A stretch of 64,000 bases of DNA from an uncultured Alphaproteobacteria bacterium. Lineage in GTDB: Bacteria; Pseudomonadota; Alphaproteobacteria; UBA6615. The position numbers were made by a program, and so were the translations under genes. Where the stretch lies: the NCBI GenBank assembly GCA_943787445.1, contig CALSML010000004.1, positions 15,214-79,213 of the forward strand. Reading direction: 5' to 3'. The notes beneath the pieces were generated by a model. It did no database searches, had not been told where the DNA came from, and saw only the letters and a list, made by a program, of their open reading frames with translations. This document shows, piece by piece, positions 28,886 to 40,035 of this stretch (positions are counted from its first letter, which is position 1; every line of letters begins with the position of its first letter).

Positions 28886-30194
28886 TCAAGGGCCGCAACC
28901 ATCGCTTCGATGGTCACGAATTTGCGCCGCGGTGCGCCGGGCTTGGCCCCGCTCACCTCTGCGGCATCGATGCTTTGCCAGTCCTGATAAGCTGACCACG
29001 CGCACATTCGCGCTCGCGCAGCAGCGGCGTCGAGCGCGTCCCGACCGGGCTTTGGCACCCTCCGCAGACGTCCTCGAAAATCTGTGTCGCCGCGATGTCG
29101 CCGTCGGGCTTGTTGGAGCCGATCACGCCGGTGGGGCCGCGCTTGATCCAGCCCACGGCATAGATGTTGTCGCCAACCCGGCCTCCGTCATGGACTACGA
29201 TGCCGTTATCCGCATCGAAGGGCACGCCCGGGAACGGATCGGAGACAGATACCCGATCGCCGGGATCACCAGGCCGCAGTCGATGTCGAAGAACTCGCCG
29301 GTCCCGACCGAGCGGCCATTTTCGACCTTCGTAGCTCTCCATGCGGATGCCTTCGACCTTGTCACCACCCAGAATTTCCGCCGGCTTGGCAGTAGAAGGT
29401 GAAGTGGACGCGCTTGGCCTTGCCGGCCGGGTCCACATCCGGGAATTCCTTCATGGTCGCCAGATTGCGTTCCTTCAGGCGCAGGTCGCGATCCGACCAT
29501 TCGCCTTCGACCGTCTCGGGAAGCTGGCTCCGCGTCGATGACCGGCACGCAATTGTCGAGCTTGCCCATCTCGCGCAGCTCCACATTCGTGAACTTGGCT
29601 TCGATGGGGCCGCGGCGGCCGACCATGTAGACATCCGTGATGGGGGACGCCTGAATGGCGTCGGACGGCGTGATCCGCCAGATCGGTGGCCGTCATTTCC
29701 TCTTCGGTCTTGACCAGAACCCGCGCGGCATCGACCGCCACATTGCCATTGCCGATCACGACGACGGTGGGGGTGTTCAGATCCGGTGCCAGATCGGTGA
29801 AGTCCGGATGGCCGTTATACCAGCCGACGAAATCGGCTGAACCGTAGACGCCGATCTTGTCCTCGCCGGGGATGCCGAGCTTGCGGTCGCGCGGTGCACC
29901 CACCGCCAGAACGATCGCGTCATACATGTCCTTGAGTTCTTCGATCGAAACGTCCCGGCCCACTTCGACATTGCCGTAATAGGCAACGCCATCGGCCAGC
30001 GCGGACTTCTCATAGACACGTGCAACTTTCTTGGTGGTTTGATGATCGGGGGCGACACCGCCGCGGATCAGTCCGAATGGGGTTGGCAGACGATCGATGA
30101 TGTCGATCTGAACGTCCTTCTCGCCCTTGAGCAGGGCGTCGACTGTGTAGAATCCGCTCGGTCCCGAGCCGATGACAGCAACTTTTATTGTCAT
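28886..30194 (-). pseudogene. FprA/adrenodoxin-reductase-like ferredoxin-NADP+ reductase, C-terminal half frameshifted
   Basis: 'KVAVIGSGPSGFY' and 'VVVIGNGNVAVDAARVL' are intact. After about 29650, 'GRRGPIEAKFTNVELREMG', 'FDIDCGLVIPAIGY', 'YAVGWIKRGPTGVIGSNK' and the terminal 'YQDWQSIDAAEV...AALD*' alternate between frames. Confidence 0.75.
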
Positions 30195-30405
30195 GGTTCC
30201 CCCCTGAAACTAATGAACTATAGCCATACATTGCGCGGTCGACCAACCCGTCCTTTGCAGGATTTCGCACACAGGTGTTGATCGGATTCGACCTTCGCGC
30301 GTGACTGACCATATGATGGGTCACGGCGAATCGGTTTTCGCCGAATTGGGGAACGGAAGAGCGTGGCGAACACGCCTTTTATATCGACTGCACAAGGAGA
30401 CGATC

Positions 30406-31626
30406 ATGCCGCGCATGAACGTTCGTTACTATTTCTCTGCGCTGTTCGGCGCGTTGCTGGCCACGCTGACCTTTGCTTCGGCAAATGCACAACAGGGACC
30501 GATCCGCGTTGGTGAGATCAACAGCTACACCGGCCCGTTGGCTGCCTTCACCGTGCCCTATCGCAATGGCTGGCAACTCGCGATTGAAGAGATCAATGCC
30601 AAAGGGGGTGTCCTCGGTCGCCCGCTGGAAGTGATTTCCCGCGATGACGGCGGCAAGCCGGCCAATGCCATCAAGTTTGCCGAGGAATTGCTGCGGCGTG
30701 AGAATGTGGACCTGCTGGCGGGGACTTTCCTGTCGAATATCGGTCTTGCGGTCGCCGATTTTGCCAATCGCAACAAGACGCTTTTTGTGGCCTCCGAGCC
30801 ACTTTCGGATGCGGTCGTCTGGTCGAAGGGCAATCCCTATACGTTCCGTCTCCGGCCCTCGACCTATATGCAAGCCGCCATGCTGGCGGAAGAAGCGGCC
30901 AAGCTTCCCGCAAAACGCTGGGCGACAATTGCGCCCAACTACGAATATGGACAATCCGCCGTGAAGGCCTTCAAGGAGGTCCTCAAGGCACGGCGTCCGG
31001 ATGTGGAGTTCGTGGAGGAACAGTGGCCGGCACTGTTCAAGATTGATGCCGGTGCCACCGTGCAGGCGATCGCCCGAGCCAAACCGGAAGCGATCTTCAA
31101 TGTCACCTTCTCCATCGATCTTGCGAAGTTCGTCCGCGAGGGACAATTGCGCGGCCTGTTCAAGGATCGCGAGGTTGCCAGCCTGCTAACCGGTGAGCCG
31201 GAATATCTCGACACGCTGAAGGGCGAGACCCCGGAAGGCTGGATCGTCACAGGCTATCCCTGGCAGGCGATCAAGGCGCCAGCGCATAGGGCCTTCCTCG
31301 ATGCCTATCAGAGCCGCTTCGACGACTATCCCCGGGCGGGCTCGATCGTGGGCTACAGCACCATCCTGACGATTGCCGCGATGCTGGAAAAGGCCGGGTC
31401 GACCGACACCGACGCCATGGTTGCCGCCATGAAGGGGCTGGAGCTTGATACACCTTTCGGGCCGATCACCTATCGCAGTCTGGACCATCAGTCGACGATG
31501 GGCGCCTATGTGGGCCGCACGGCAAAGGTTGACGGACGGGGCGTGATGGTGGATTTCCGGTATGCAAATGGTGCGGATTATCTTCCCGATGACGCAACCG
31601 TCAGGAAGCTGCGCCCGGGCAGTTAG
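30406..31626 (+). CDS. ABC transporter substrate-binding protein (branched-chain amino acid/amide family)
   Basis: AAGGAG RBS, signal peptide 'ALLATLTFASANAQQ', and LivK-like 'IRVGEINSYTGPLA'. Confidence 0.85.
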   Translation: MPRMNVRYYFSALFGALLATLTFASANAQQGPIRVGEINSYTGPLAAFTVPYRNGWQLAIEEINAKGGVLGRPLEVISRDDGGKPANAIKFAEELLRRENVDLLAGTFLSNIGLAVADFANRNKTLFVASEPLSDAVVWSKGNPYTFRLRPSTYMQAAMLAEEAAKLPAKRWATIAPNYEYGQSAVKAFKEVLKARRPDVEFVEEQWPALFKIDAGATVQAIARAKPEAIFNVTFSIDLAKFVREGQLRGLFKDREVASLLTGEPEYLDTLKGETPEGWIVTGYPWQAIKAPAHRAFLDAYQSRFDDYPRAGSIVGYSTILTIAAMLEKAGSTDTDAMVAAMKGLELDTPFGPITYRSLDHQSTMGAYVGRTAKVDGRGVMVDFRYANGADYLPDDATVRKLRPGS

Positions 31627-31651
31627 CGCCATGCGGCCATAGGGCCATGGG

Positions 31652-33511
31652 GTGGCGCTGGAGGATTTTGTGAGTTTCATCGTCGCCCAGGCAATTGCCG
31701 GACTGGCCAGCGCCGCTTCGCTGTTTCTGATCGCGGTCGGTCTGTCGATCGTCTTCGGCGTCACACGTGTGGTGAACTTCGCGCATGGTTCGCTCTACAT
31801 GCTGGGCGCCTACATCGCCTATAGCCTGGTTGTCGTGATGGGCGACAGTTTTCTCGGCTACCTTCTGGCCTTGTTGCTGGCGGCGGTGGCGGTGGGCGTG
31901 ATTGGCGGGGTGATCGAATCCGCTCTGCTGCGGCGAATCTATCACGCGCCGGAATTGTTCCAGCTTCTCGCGACCTTTGGCGTGGTCCTTGTCGTGCAGG
32001 ATCTCACCCGGACAATCTGGGGACCGGACGATCTCTTTGCGCCGCGGATGCCCGGGCTCGATGGGGCCATCGAGATTCTCGGCTATGCGATTCCCACTTA
32101 TGACCTGTTTCTGATTGGGGTCGCCTTTGCCGTTCTGGGAGGGCTTTGGCTGCTGTTTCGCAAGACACGGTTTGGCGTGTTGCTGCGGGCCGCCACCGAA
32201 GATCGTCAGATGGTGGCGGCGCTGGGGATCGATCAGCGCTGGCTCTTCACCGCGGCCTTTGTGCTCGGATCTGCGCTGGCCGGGCTGGGGGGCGCGCTGC
32301 AAATGCCTCGGCAGGCGGCGAGCCTGTCTATGGATCTTTCCATCATCGTCGATGCCTTCGTTGTGGTCGTGATTGGCGGTATGGGCTCGATTGCCGGCGC
32401 TTTCATTGCAGCCGTACTGATCAGCGAGTTGCTGGCCTTCGGCCTGGTCATCTTTCCCCAGATCACGCTGGTGCTGATTTTTCTAGTGATGGCCGTGACG
32501 TTGGTTCTCAAACCCAGCGGGTTGTTCGGCAAGCCGGAATTTCTGACCGCCGAAGATGTGCGAAACCCCGATCCGCCCTTGCAGCCCTCGGGGCCCATGG
32601 CCCGGACCGGATGGCGTTTGCTGTTGGCAGCAGGGCTGGTGGCGCCACTTGTTCTGGGTGAGTTCAGTACGGTTATTTTGACCGAGATTGCCATCCTCGC
32701 GCTGTTCGCTGCGAGCCTGCATTTCCTCATCTGGGGCGGTGGACTGATTACCTTCGGGCATGCGGCTTATTTCGGTCTGGGGGCCTATGGCGCCGGACTG
32801 GCCGTGTTCCATCTGTCTGTCGGCATGGCACCGGCGCTGTTGCTGGCGCCGATCGCCGGTGCGCTGGGCGCGTTGCTGTTCGGCTGGTTCTGTGTGCGTC
32901 TGACCGGCATCTATATGGCGATGCTGACTCTGGCCTTTGCGCAAATTGCTTGGTCGATCGCCTTTCAGTGGATCGAGTTTACCGGCGGTGACAATGGTAT
33001 TCTCGGGGTCTGGCCCAGCGCCTGGGCCGCCGATGCTACGGTCTTCTACTATTTGGCTTTCTCGGTCTGTGCCGCAATGATCTGGGCCCTCCGCCATGTC
33101 TTGTTCAGTCCCTTCGGTTACACCCTGCGCGGGATACGTGATTCTGCGCTGCGGTCCGCCGCGATCGGTGTGGATGTCACGCGCCATCGCTGGCTGGCCT
33201 TCACGCTGGCCGGTGCCGCAGCGGGCGTGTCTGGTGGTTTCTTTGCCTTTGCCAAGGGCAGCGTCTTTCCCGAGGTCCTGTTCGTGTCCACATCGGTGGA
33301 TGGGCTGGTCATGGTGCTGCTGGGCGGGATGCAGTCTCTGGCCGGACCGATCCTCGGGGCGATCGTCTATACCGAAATCCAGACAGAACTGAACCGCCTG
33401 ACTGATCTCTGGCAGCTAGTTTTGGGTGTCTTCATTGTCGTGCTGGTGGTGATATTGCCACGCGGTCTGGTCGGCCTGTCGGCTTTGCTGCTGGGACGGC
33501 GGGTATCGTGA
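31652..33511 (+). CDS. fused LivH-like/LivM-like ABC permease
   Basis: 619 aa, polytopic. The first ~290 aa are LivH-like and the remainder LivM-like. The start (GTG 31652 or GTG 31670) is uncertain. Confidence 0.8.
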   Translation: MALEDFVSFIVAQAIAGLASAASLFLIAVGLSIVFGVTRVVNFAHGSLYMLGAYIAYSLVVVMGDSFLGYLLALLLAAVAVGVIGGVIESALLRRIYHAPELFQLLATFGVVLVVQDLTRTIWGPDDLFAPRMPGLDGAIEILGYAIPTYDLFLIGVAFAVLGGLWLLFRKTRFGVLLRAATEDRQMVAALGIDQRWLFTAAFVLGSALAGLGGALQMPRQAASLSMDLSIIVDAFVVVVIGGMGSIAGAFIAAVLISELLAFGLVIFPQITLVLIFLVMAVTLVLKPSGLFGKPEFLTAEDVRNPDPPLQPSGPMARTGWRLLLAAGLVAPLVLGEFSTVILTEIAILALFAASLHFLIWGGGLITFGHAAYFGLGAYGAGLAVFHLSVGMAPALLLAPIAGALGALLFGWFCVRLTGIYMAMLTLAFAQIAWSIAFQWIEFTGGDNGILGVWPSAWAADATVFYYLAFSVCAAMIWALRHVLFSPFGYTLRGIRDSALRSAAIGVDVTRHRWLAFTLAGAAAGVSGGFFAFAKGSVFPEVLFVSTSVDGLVMVLLGGMQSLAGPILGAIVYTEIQTELNRLTDLWQLVLGVFIVVLVVILPRGLVGLSALLLGRRVS

Positions 33512-34269
33512 GTGTTCTCATCGTCAGCGATCTGGCCAAGGCCTATGGCGGCGTCCGCGCGGTGGATGGGGTGTCCTTTGCCGTGGAGGCGGGTGAGCGT
33601 GTGGCGCTGATTGGTCCGAACGGGGCCGGCAAGACAACCCTGTTCAATGCGATCCATGGTCAGGTCCGCCCGGATGCCGGACAGGTGATACTGGGCGACA
33701 GGGAGATCACGGGACTCGCGCCACACCGGGTGTGGCGTCACGGGGTCGGGCGGACATTTCAGATCACCGCGACCTTCATGAGTATGACCGTGATCGAGAA
33801 TGTGCAGGTGGCGCTGGCCAGCCATCACCGGGTGGCCGCGCGACTGGGGCGGGCCCTGCGGCATCGCTATCGCGATGAAGCCGGGGCCCTGATCACCCAG
33901 GTCGGGTTGGGTGATGCGGCTGAGCGCGCCGTGTCCGAACTGGCCTATGGAGATCTCAAGCGGCTGGAGCTGGCGGTGGCGCTGACCAATGAACCATTCC
34001 TGTTGCTGATGGACGAGCCCACGGCAGGCATGGCCGGGGATGGTCGCGGCCAGATGATGGCGCTGGTGGACCGGCTTGTGAGCGATGTCGGTGTCGCCGT
34101 GCTGTTTACCGAACATGACATGGATGTTGTCTTCGGCCATGCCGACCGGGTGATCGTGCTCGACAGGGGTCGGGTTATTGCTTCGGGATCGCCCGAAGCG
34201 GTGCGCGCCAATGCCGATGTCCGCGCGGTCTATCTGGGAACCTATGACGATGAAGAGGCGGTGACATGA
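33508..34269 (+). CDS. ABC transporter ATP-binding protein (LivG-like)
   Basis: Walker A 'GPNGAGKTT', Walker B '[10 protein letters not shown]'. Overlaps the upstream gene by 4 nt. Confidence 0.9.
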   Translation: MSVLIVSDLAKAYGGVRAVDGVSFAVEAGERVALIGPNGAGKTTLFNAIHGQVRPDAGQVILGDREITGLAPHRVWRHGVGRTFQITATFMSMTVIENVQVALASHHRVAARLGRALRHRYRDEAGALITQVGLGDAAERAVSELAYGDLKRLELAVALTNEPFLLLMDEPTAGMAGDGRGQMMALVDRLVSDVGVAVLFTEHDMDVVFGHADRVIVLDRGRVIASGSPEAVRANADVRAVYLGTYDDEEAVT

Positions 34270-35000
34270 CGGGCGCTGCAAACCCGGAAATGCCCGCGCT
34301 GCGAGTGGACGGGCTGGAGGCCTATTATGGGCCTGCTCAGGCCCTGTTCGGAGTAGATCTGGAGGTGCCGGAGGGATCGGTGACGGTCCTGCTGGGCCGC
34401 AATGGCGCCGGAAAATCTACCACCATGAAAGCGATCATGGGGCTGTTGAAGCTGGGCCGCGGCACGGTCACGGTTGCGGGTCAGGAGGTCACCGGCTGGC
34501 CCGCCTATCGGGTGAACCGGGCCGGAGTGGGCTATGTGCCCGAGGAGCGGCGGGTCTTTGCCGGGCTGAGTGTGATGGAGAACCTGCTGGTCGGCACCCG
34601 CGATGCAGACACATCATCGCGGGAGTGCTGGACTCATGAGCGGGTGTTTGACCTGTTTCCGCCGTTGGCCGCATTGCGGGACCGACTCGCGGGTCAATTG
34701 TCGGGGGGCGAGCAGCAGATGCTGACCATTGCGCGCACCCTGATGGGCAATCCCGGGATTATCCTGCTCGACGAACCTTCTGAAGGTCTCGCGCCGGTGG
34801 TGGTGCAACAGATCGCAACCTTCGTGAACATCCTGTCTGCTCAGAACCTCACCGTCCTGCTGTCGGAACAGAATGTCCGGTTTGCGACTCATGTGGCCGA
34901 TCGGGCCGCCGTGATCGAACGGGGCAGAATTCTGGTCGCCGGCTCGATGGCCGAGATTGCGCAGGACACGCAGTTGCGTGATGCCTATCTGACACCCTGA
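34266..35000 (+). CDS. ABC transporter ATP-binding protein (LivF-like)
   Basis: Walker A 'GRNGAGKST', signature 'LSGGEQQML', Walker B 'ILLDEPSEGL'. Confidence 0.9.
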   Translation: MTGAANPEMPALRVDGLEAYYGPAQALFGVDLEVPEGSVTVLLGRNGAGKSTTMKAIMGLLKLGRGTVTVAGQEVTGWPAYRVNRAGVGYVPEERRVFAGLSVMENLLVGTRDADTSSRECWTHERVFDLFPPLAALRDRLAGQLSGGEQQMLTIARTLMGNPGIILLDEPSEGLAPVVVQQIATFVNILSAQNLTVLLSEQNVRFATHVADRAAVIERGRILVAGSMAEIAQDTQLRDAYLTP

Positions 35001-35009
35001 GTTCGGGGG

Positions 35010-35276
35010 CTAGTGAATCTCGAATGATGCACTGACCGTGGCAAGCTTCGGCGGTGTGAGTATTTCCACATGTCCGACCCGGACGGAGTGAAGCGGGCCG
35101 TCCAGATTGTCTGACCAGAAATCCAGAAATTTCAGCAATTTTGGAAACTCCGGCGGGTAGTCCAGCCGTTGCCAGATAAAGCTTTGTAAAATGCCGGGAT
35201 GGTCAGGCATGTGATAGAGAATTTCTGCCGAGGTCATGCGCCAACCGTTCAACTGCAACGCCATCTCTTTTCGCAT
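35010..35276 (-). CDS. usg: Usg family protein
   Basis: 'TSAEILYHMPDHPGILQSFIWQ' is typical of the small alphaproteobacterial Usg family. I trimmed the start to M23 of the listed ORF. Confidence 0.7.
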   Translation of the reverse strand: MRKEMALQLNGWRMTSAEILYHMPDHPGILQSFIWQRLDYPPEFPKLLKFLDFWSDNLDGPLHSVRVGHVEILTPPKLATVSASFEIH

Positions 35277-35476
35277 CAAAAACACCTCGCTCAGTACCAA
35301 ACGAATCACCTTGATGGAAAAATTATCGGGAAAGCGTTTCACATTCGTAAATAAATAAATGTTTTATTTCAATTGATTAGAACCGGTCTGGGGAGAGTGC
35401 TGCCAATTCGGGCGTGAAGTTTCTCGATTTCCCGCCGGACCACCGGTTGACAGGGGAAGCCCAGATCACTACCTGT

Positions 35477-35503
35477 CTGGCACTCGCGCTAAGGGAGTGC
35501 TAA
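35477..35503 (+). promoter_or_regulatory. CIRCE element (HrcA operator) upstream of groES
   Basis: CTGGCACTC-N9-GAGTGCTAA against the consensus TTAGCACTC-N9-GAGTGCTAA. It sits 52 nt upstream of the groES ATG, and an exact TTGACA lies at 35447-35452. Confidence 0.8.
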
Positions 35504-35554
35504 CAACGCGGCTCTGATGCGCGAATTATTCTGATTTAACAGGAGGATATAGCG

Positions 35555-35869
35555 ATGGGTTTTCGCCCCTTGCACGACCGAGTGGTTGTACGCCGCGTCG
35601 GTTCTGACGAAAAGACAGCCGGCGGAATCATCATTCCCGACACGGCTCAGGAAAAGCCGTCCGAAGGTGAAGTTGTCTCTGTGGGCCCTGGTGGCCGCGG
35701 CGAAGACGGAAGCTTCATTGCGATGGATGTGAAGGCTGGAGATCGCGTGCTGTTCGGCAAATGGTCCGGCACCGAAGTGTCCATTGATGGCGAGGAGCTC
35801 CTGATCATGAAGGAGTCCGACATCATGGGCGTGATCGAAGCCACCAAGAAGGCCAAGAAGGCCGCTTAG
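35555..35869 (+). CDS. groES: co-chaperonin GroES
   Basis: 104 aa with '[12 protein letters not shown]' and '[13 protein letters not shown]'. AGGAGG RBS. Intact. Confidence 0.95.
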   Translation: MGFRPLHDRVVVRRVGSDEKTAGGIIIPDTAQEKPSEGEVVSVGPGGRGEDGSFIAMDVKAGDRVLFGKWSGTEVSIDGEELLIMKESDIMGVIEATKKAKKAA

Positions 35870-37551
<1,682 letters not shown>

Positions 37552-37575
37552 GCCTGTCCCATCCGGACGAATACG

Positions 37576-37613
37576 AAAGGGCCACACCGGCAACGGTGTG
37601 GCCCTTTTTCTTT
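37576..37613 (+). terminator. rho-independent terminator of groESL
   Basis: AAAGGGCCACACCG-GCAA-CGGTGTGGCCCTTT followed by a T-rich run. Confidence 0.8.
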
Positions 37614-37667
37614 CGAGCCGCCCTGCTGCGTGGACAGGATTGCCGGCAGATGGTTTTGGCGGGCTGT

Positions 37668-38549
37668 CTAGTCTTCCTCGACAGCGCGAATGATTCCGGC
37701 TTGATCGAGATTCTGCCAGCCCCGGTCCATCATTTTCTGCCAGAGTTCGAGATTGGTCTTGAGGGAGACCAGATCGAGATCGACCTGATCGGCCAGTTCC
37801 AGTGCCTGCAGGATGTCCTTGTGGTGCACCGATGCGCGGCCATGGGGCTTAAAGGCCCGTTCGACCATGCGGCCGCCATGCAGGTCCAGAACCCTGGATT
37901 CGGCAAATCCACCGAGCAATGCGGTGCGGACCTGCGCCGGGTCGACGCCCGAACGCGCCGCGAGTGTCAGGCCTTCGGCCACCGCAGCCAGGGTCATGCC
38001 GACGATGGCCTGATTGGCGGTCTTGGTGACCTGACCCGCGCCGATATCACCGATATGGTTGATGTTCTGGCCCAGCACCTCGAGAACCGGCATGGCGAAG
38101 GGCAGGGATGTCTCCTGCGCCCCGATCATGATTGTCAGATTGCCCGCTTCCGCACCGACCGTGCCGCCTGAAACCGGCGCGTCCACATAATGGGCGCCCA
38201 GCGCCATGACCTCCGCGCCCCATGCGCGGGTTTCGCGGACCTTGGTGGTGCTCATGTCGATCAGGGTCTTGTCGGGCGACAGTCCGGCGATGGCTCCGTT
38301 CTCACCGTGCAGGACCGCGTCCACCGCGCTGGTATCGGTGACCATGAGCACGGTGATCTCGCTGGCGGCAACGACCTCGCGCGCCGTTGCCACTGCGGTC
38401 ATGCCCTCTCCGGCAAGTTCCTCGGCGGGCCCCGGGCTGCGGCTTGTCACTATCATGGAGGCACCGGCCGCATGCAGGTTGCGCGCCATGAGTTTGCCCA
38501 TCAGGCCAAGCCCGATGAACCCGATCTTTCTTCCGTCCAGCGCGCCCAT
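37668..38549 (-). CDS. NAD(P)-dependent beta-hydroxyacid dehydrogenase (3-hydroxyisobutyrate dehydrogenase family)
   Basis: 293 aa with 'IGFIGLGLMGKLMARNL' and 'YVDAPVSGG'. Confidence 0.85.
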   Translation of the reverse strand: MGALDGRKIGFIGLGLMGKLMARNLHAAGASMIVTSRSPGPAEELAGEGMTAVATAREVVAASEITVLMVTDTSAVDAVLHGENGAIAGLSPDKTLIDMSTTKVRETRAWGAEVMALGAHYVDAPVSGGTVGAEAGNLTIMIGAQETSLPFAMPVLEVLGQNINHIGDIGAGQVTKTANQAIVGMTLAAVAEGLTLAARSGVDPAQVRTALLGGFAESRVLDLHGGRMVERAFKPHGRASVHHKDILQALELADQVDLDLVSLKTNLELWQKMMDRGWQNLDQAGIIRAVEED

Positions 38550-38558
38550 GATGGCGGC

Positions 38559-38963
38559 TCAGGCGGTGGCGTAACGGGCGCCGGCCGCGCGCTCGATGGC
38601 GGCAGCGCTCAGCCGGTCGATTTCCAGCGTGTGGCGCAGCATCTCCAGCAGGCGCAGTTCTTCCTGCTCGGCCTTCAGATCCGCAATGGCGATGTCGCAG
38701 GCCAGCACATAGGCGGTTTCGCGCAGATGGTCAGGCAGGGCGTCGCGGATCTGCTCCAGGGCGAGATTCAGGCCGTTCTCCTGAGCCAGAACGCCGGCGC
38801 ATTCCTGCGCAACCGTTGCCATCTGTTCGTCATCAAAGCCTTTGAAGACCGGCAGCTGGCGGACGATCTCACCCATGCGGGTGATTTCGGAATCGCTCAT
38901 TTCGTTGTCGGCGGCGGACACCATCACCATGGTGTAGAGGAGGGCGGTTTGGGATTCGATCAT
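38559..38963 (-). CDS. TerB-like (tellurite-resistance TerB family) protein
   Basis: 134 aa, all-helical and acidic, with 'VSAADNEMSDSEI' and 'EEELRLLEML' patterns. Confidence 0.6.
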   Translation of the reverse strand: MIESQTALLYTMVMVSAADNEMSDSEITRMGEIVRQLPVFKGFDDEQMATVAQECAGVLAQENGLNLALEQIRDALPDHLRETAYVLACDIAIADLKAEQEELRLLEMLRHTLEIDRLSAAAIERAAGARYATA

Positions 38964-39096
38964 TGCTCGGCTGTCCTTGTCTGGGTTGCCTTGGTTAAAG
39001 CCTTCGCTGTCCGGGCCGTCAAGTCACCGGTCACACAACTCTCGTGACCCGCGCGACTATCGACAGTGCCGGATGCGCGACCTATAGGTGGTGATC

Positions 39097-40035
39097 ATGT
39101 CTGCCGTTGTCGATGTCGCGCTGCCTGTTTTTGCCATTATGCTGGCTGGCTATCTGGCCGGACGGTTTCGGATTCTGGGCGATACCAGTTCCGAAGCCCT
39201 GAATGCCTTCGTTTACTGGTTCGCGCTGCCGCCGGTTCTGTTCCTGTCTATGGCGACGGTCCCGCTCTCCGATGTCTTCAACTGGCCGTTCATCTGGACC
39301 TTCGTTCTGGGCATGGCTGCTGTAGCGCTGCCTTCGATCCTGATCGCGAAATTTGTCTTTCCGAACACCTTTTCGGGCCTAACCCTGCACGGCCTGACCT
39401 CGATTTTCGCTAATACCGGCTATATGGGGATTCCCCTGTTCATCGCGGCCTTTGGGACGGCGGGGACCCTGCCGGCGGTGATCGCGACCGCGGTCAATTC
39501 CGCTCTCATCATCGGCCTGTCGATACTGTTCGTGGAGATTGGCAGCGGTACGGGGCACGGTGCGCGCCGGGTCCTGGGGGATGCGGTTCTCGCGGTTATC
39601 TGTGGACCACTGTTCATCGCACCGGTGGCGGGCATCCTCTGGTCAGCCTCCGGGTTCGGCCTGCCTGTCTGGTTGTCGAATTTCGCCGGACTGATGGGGG
39701 ATGCCTCGGGTCCCTGCGCCCTGTTTGCCATGGGCCTATTTCTCGTCGGCAAGCCGGTTTCGACAGGGCTCGGTGAGGTCAGCTGGCTGGTGCTGGCCAA
39801 GCTTGTGCTGCACCCTCTCGTGACCTGGGTGCTCGCCGTACAGGTCTTCGAGCTAGATTTCGAGTTTACCCGGGGTGCCGTTCTGATGGCGGCCTTGCCG
39901 ACGGGCGCGCTGTCCTTCGTGATCGCCCAGAAATACGGCATTTTCGTGCAGCGCAGTTCGGCAGCGATCCTGATATCGACGGTGCTCTCGGTCGTGACCG
40001 TCAGCGCGCTACTCGCCTGGTTCGGCACCGGCTAG
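39097..40035 (+). CDS. AEC (auxin efflux carrier) family transporter
   Basis: About 312 aa with about 10 TM helices. ATG 39097 is preceded by AGGTGG. Confidence 0.8.
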   Translation: MSAVVDVALPVFAIMLAGYLAGRFRILGDTSSEALNAFVYWFALPPVLFLSMATVPLSDVFNWPFIWTFVLGMAAVALPSILIAKFVFPNTFSGLTLHGLTSIFANTGYMGIPLFIAAFGTAGTLPAVIATAVNSALIIGLSILFVEIGSGTGHGARRVLGDAVLAVICGPLFIAPVAGILWSASGFGLPVWLSNFAGLMGDASGPCALFAMGLFLVGKPVSTGLGEVSWLVLAKLVLHPLVTWVLAVQVFELDFEFTRGAVLMAALPTGALSFVIAQKYGIFVQRSSAAILISTVLSVVTVSALLAWFGTG

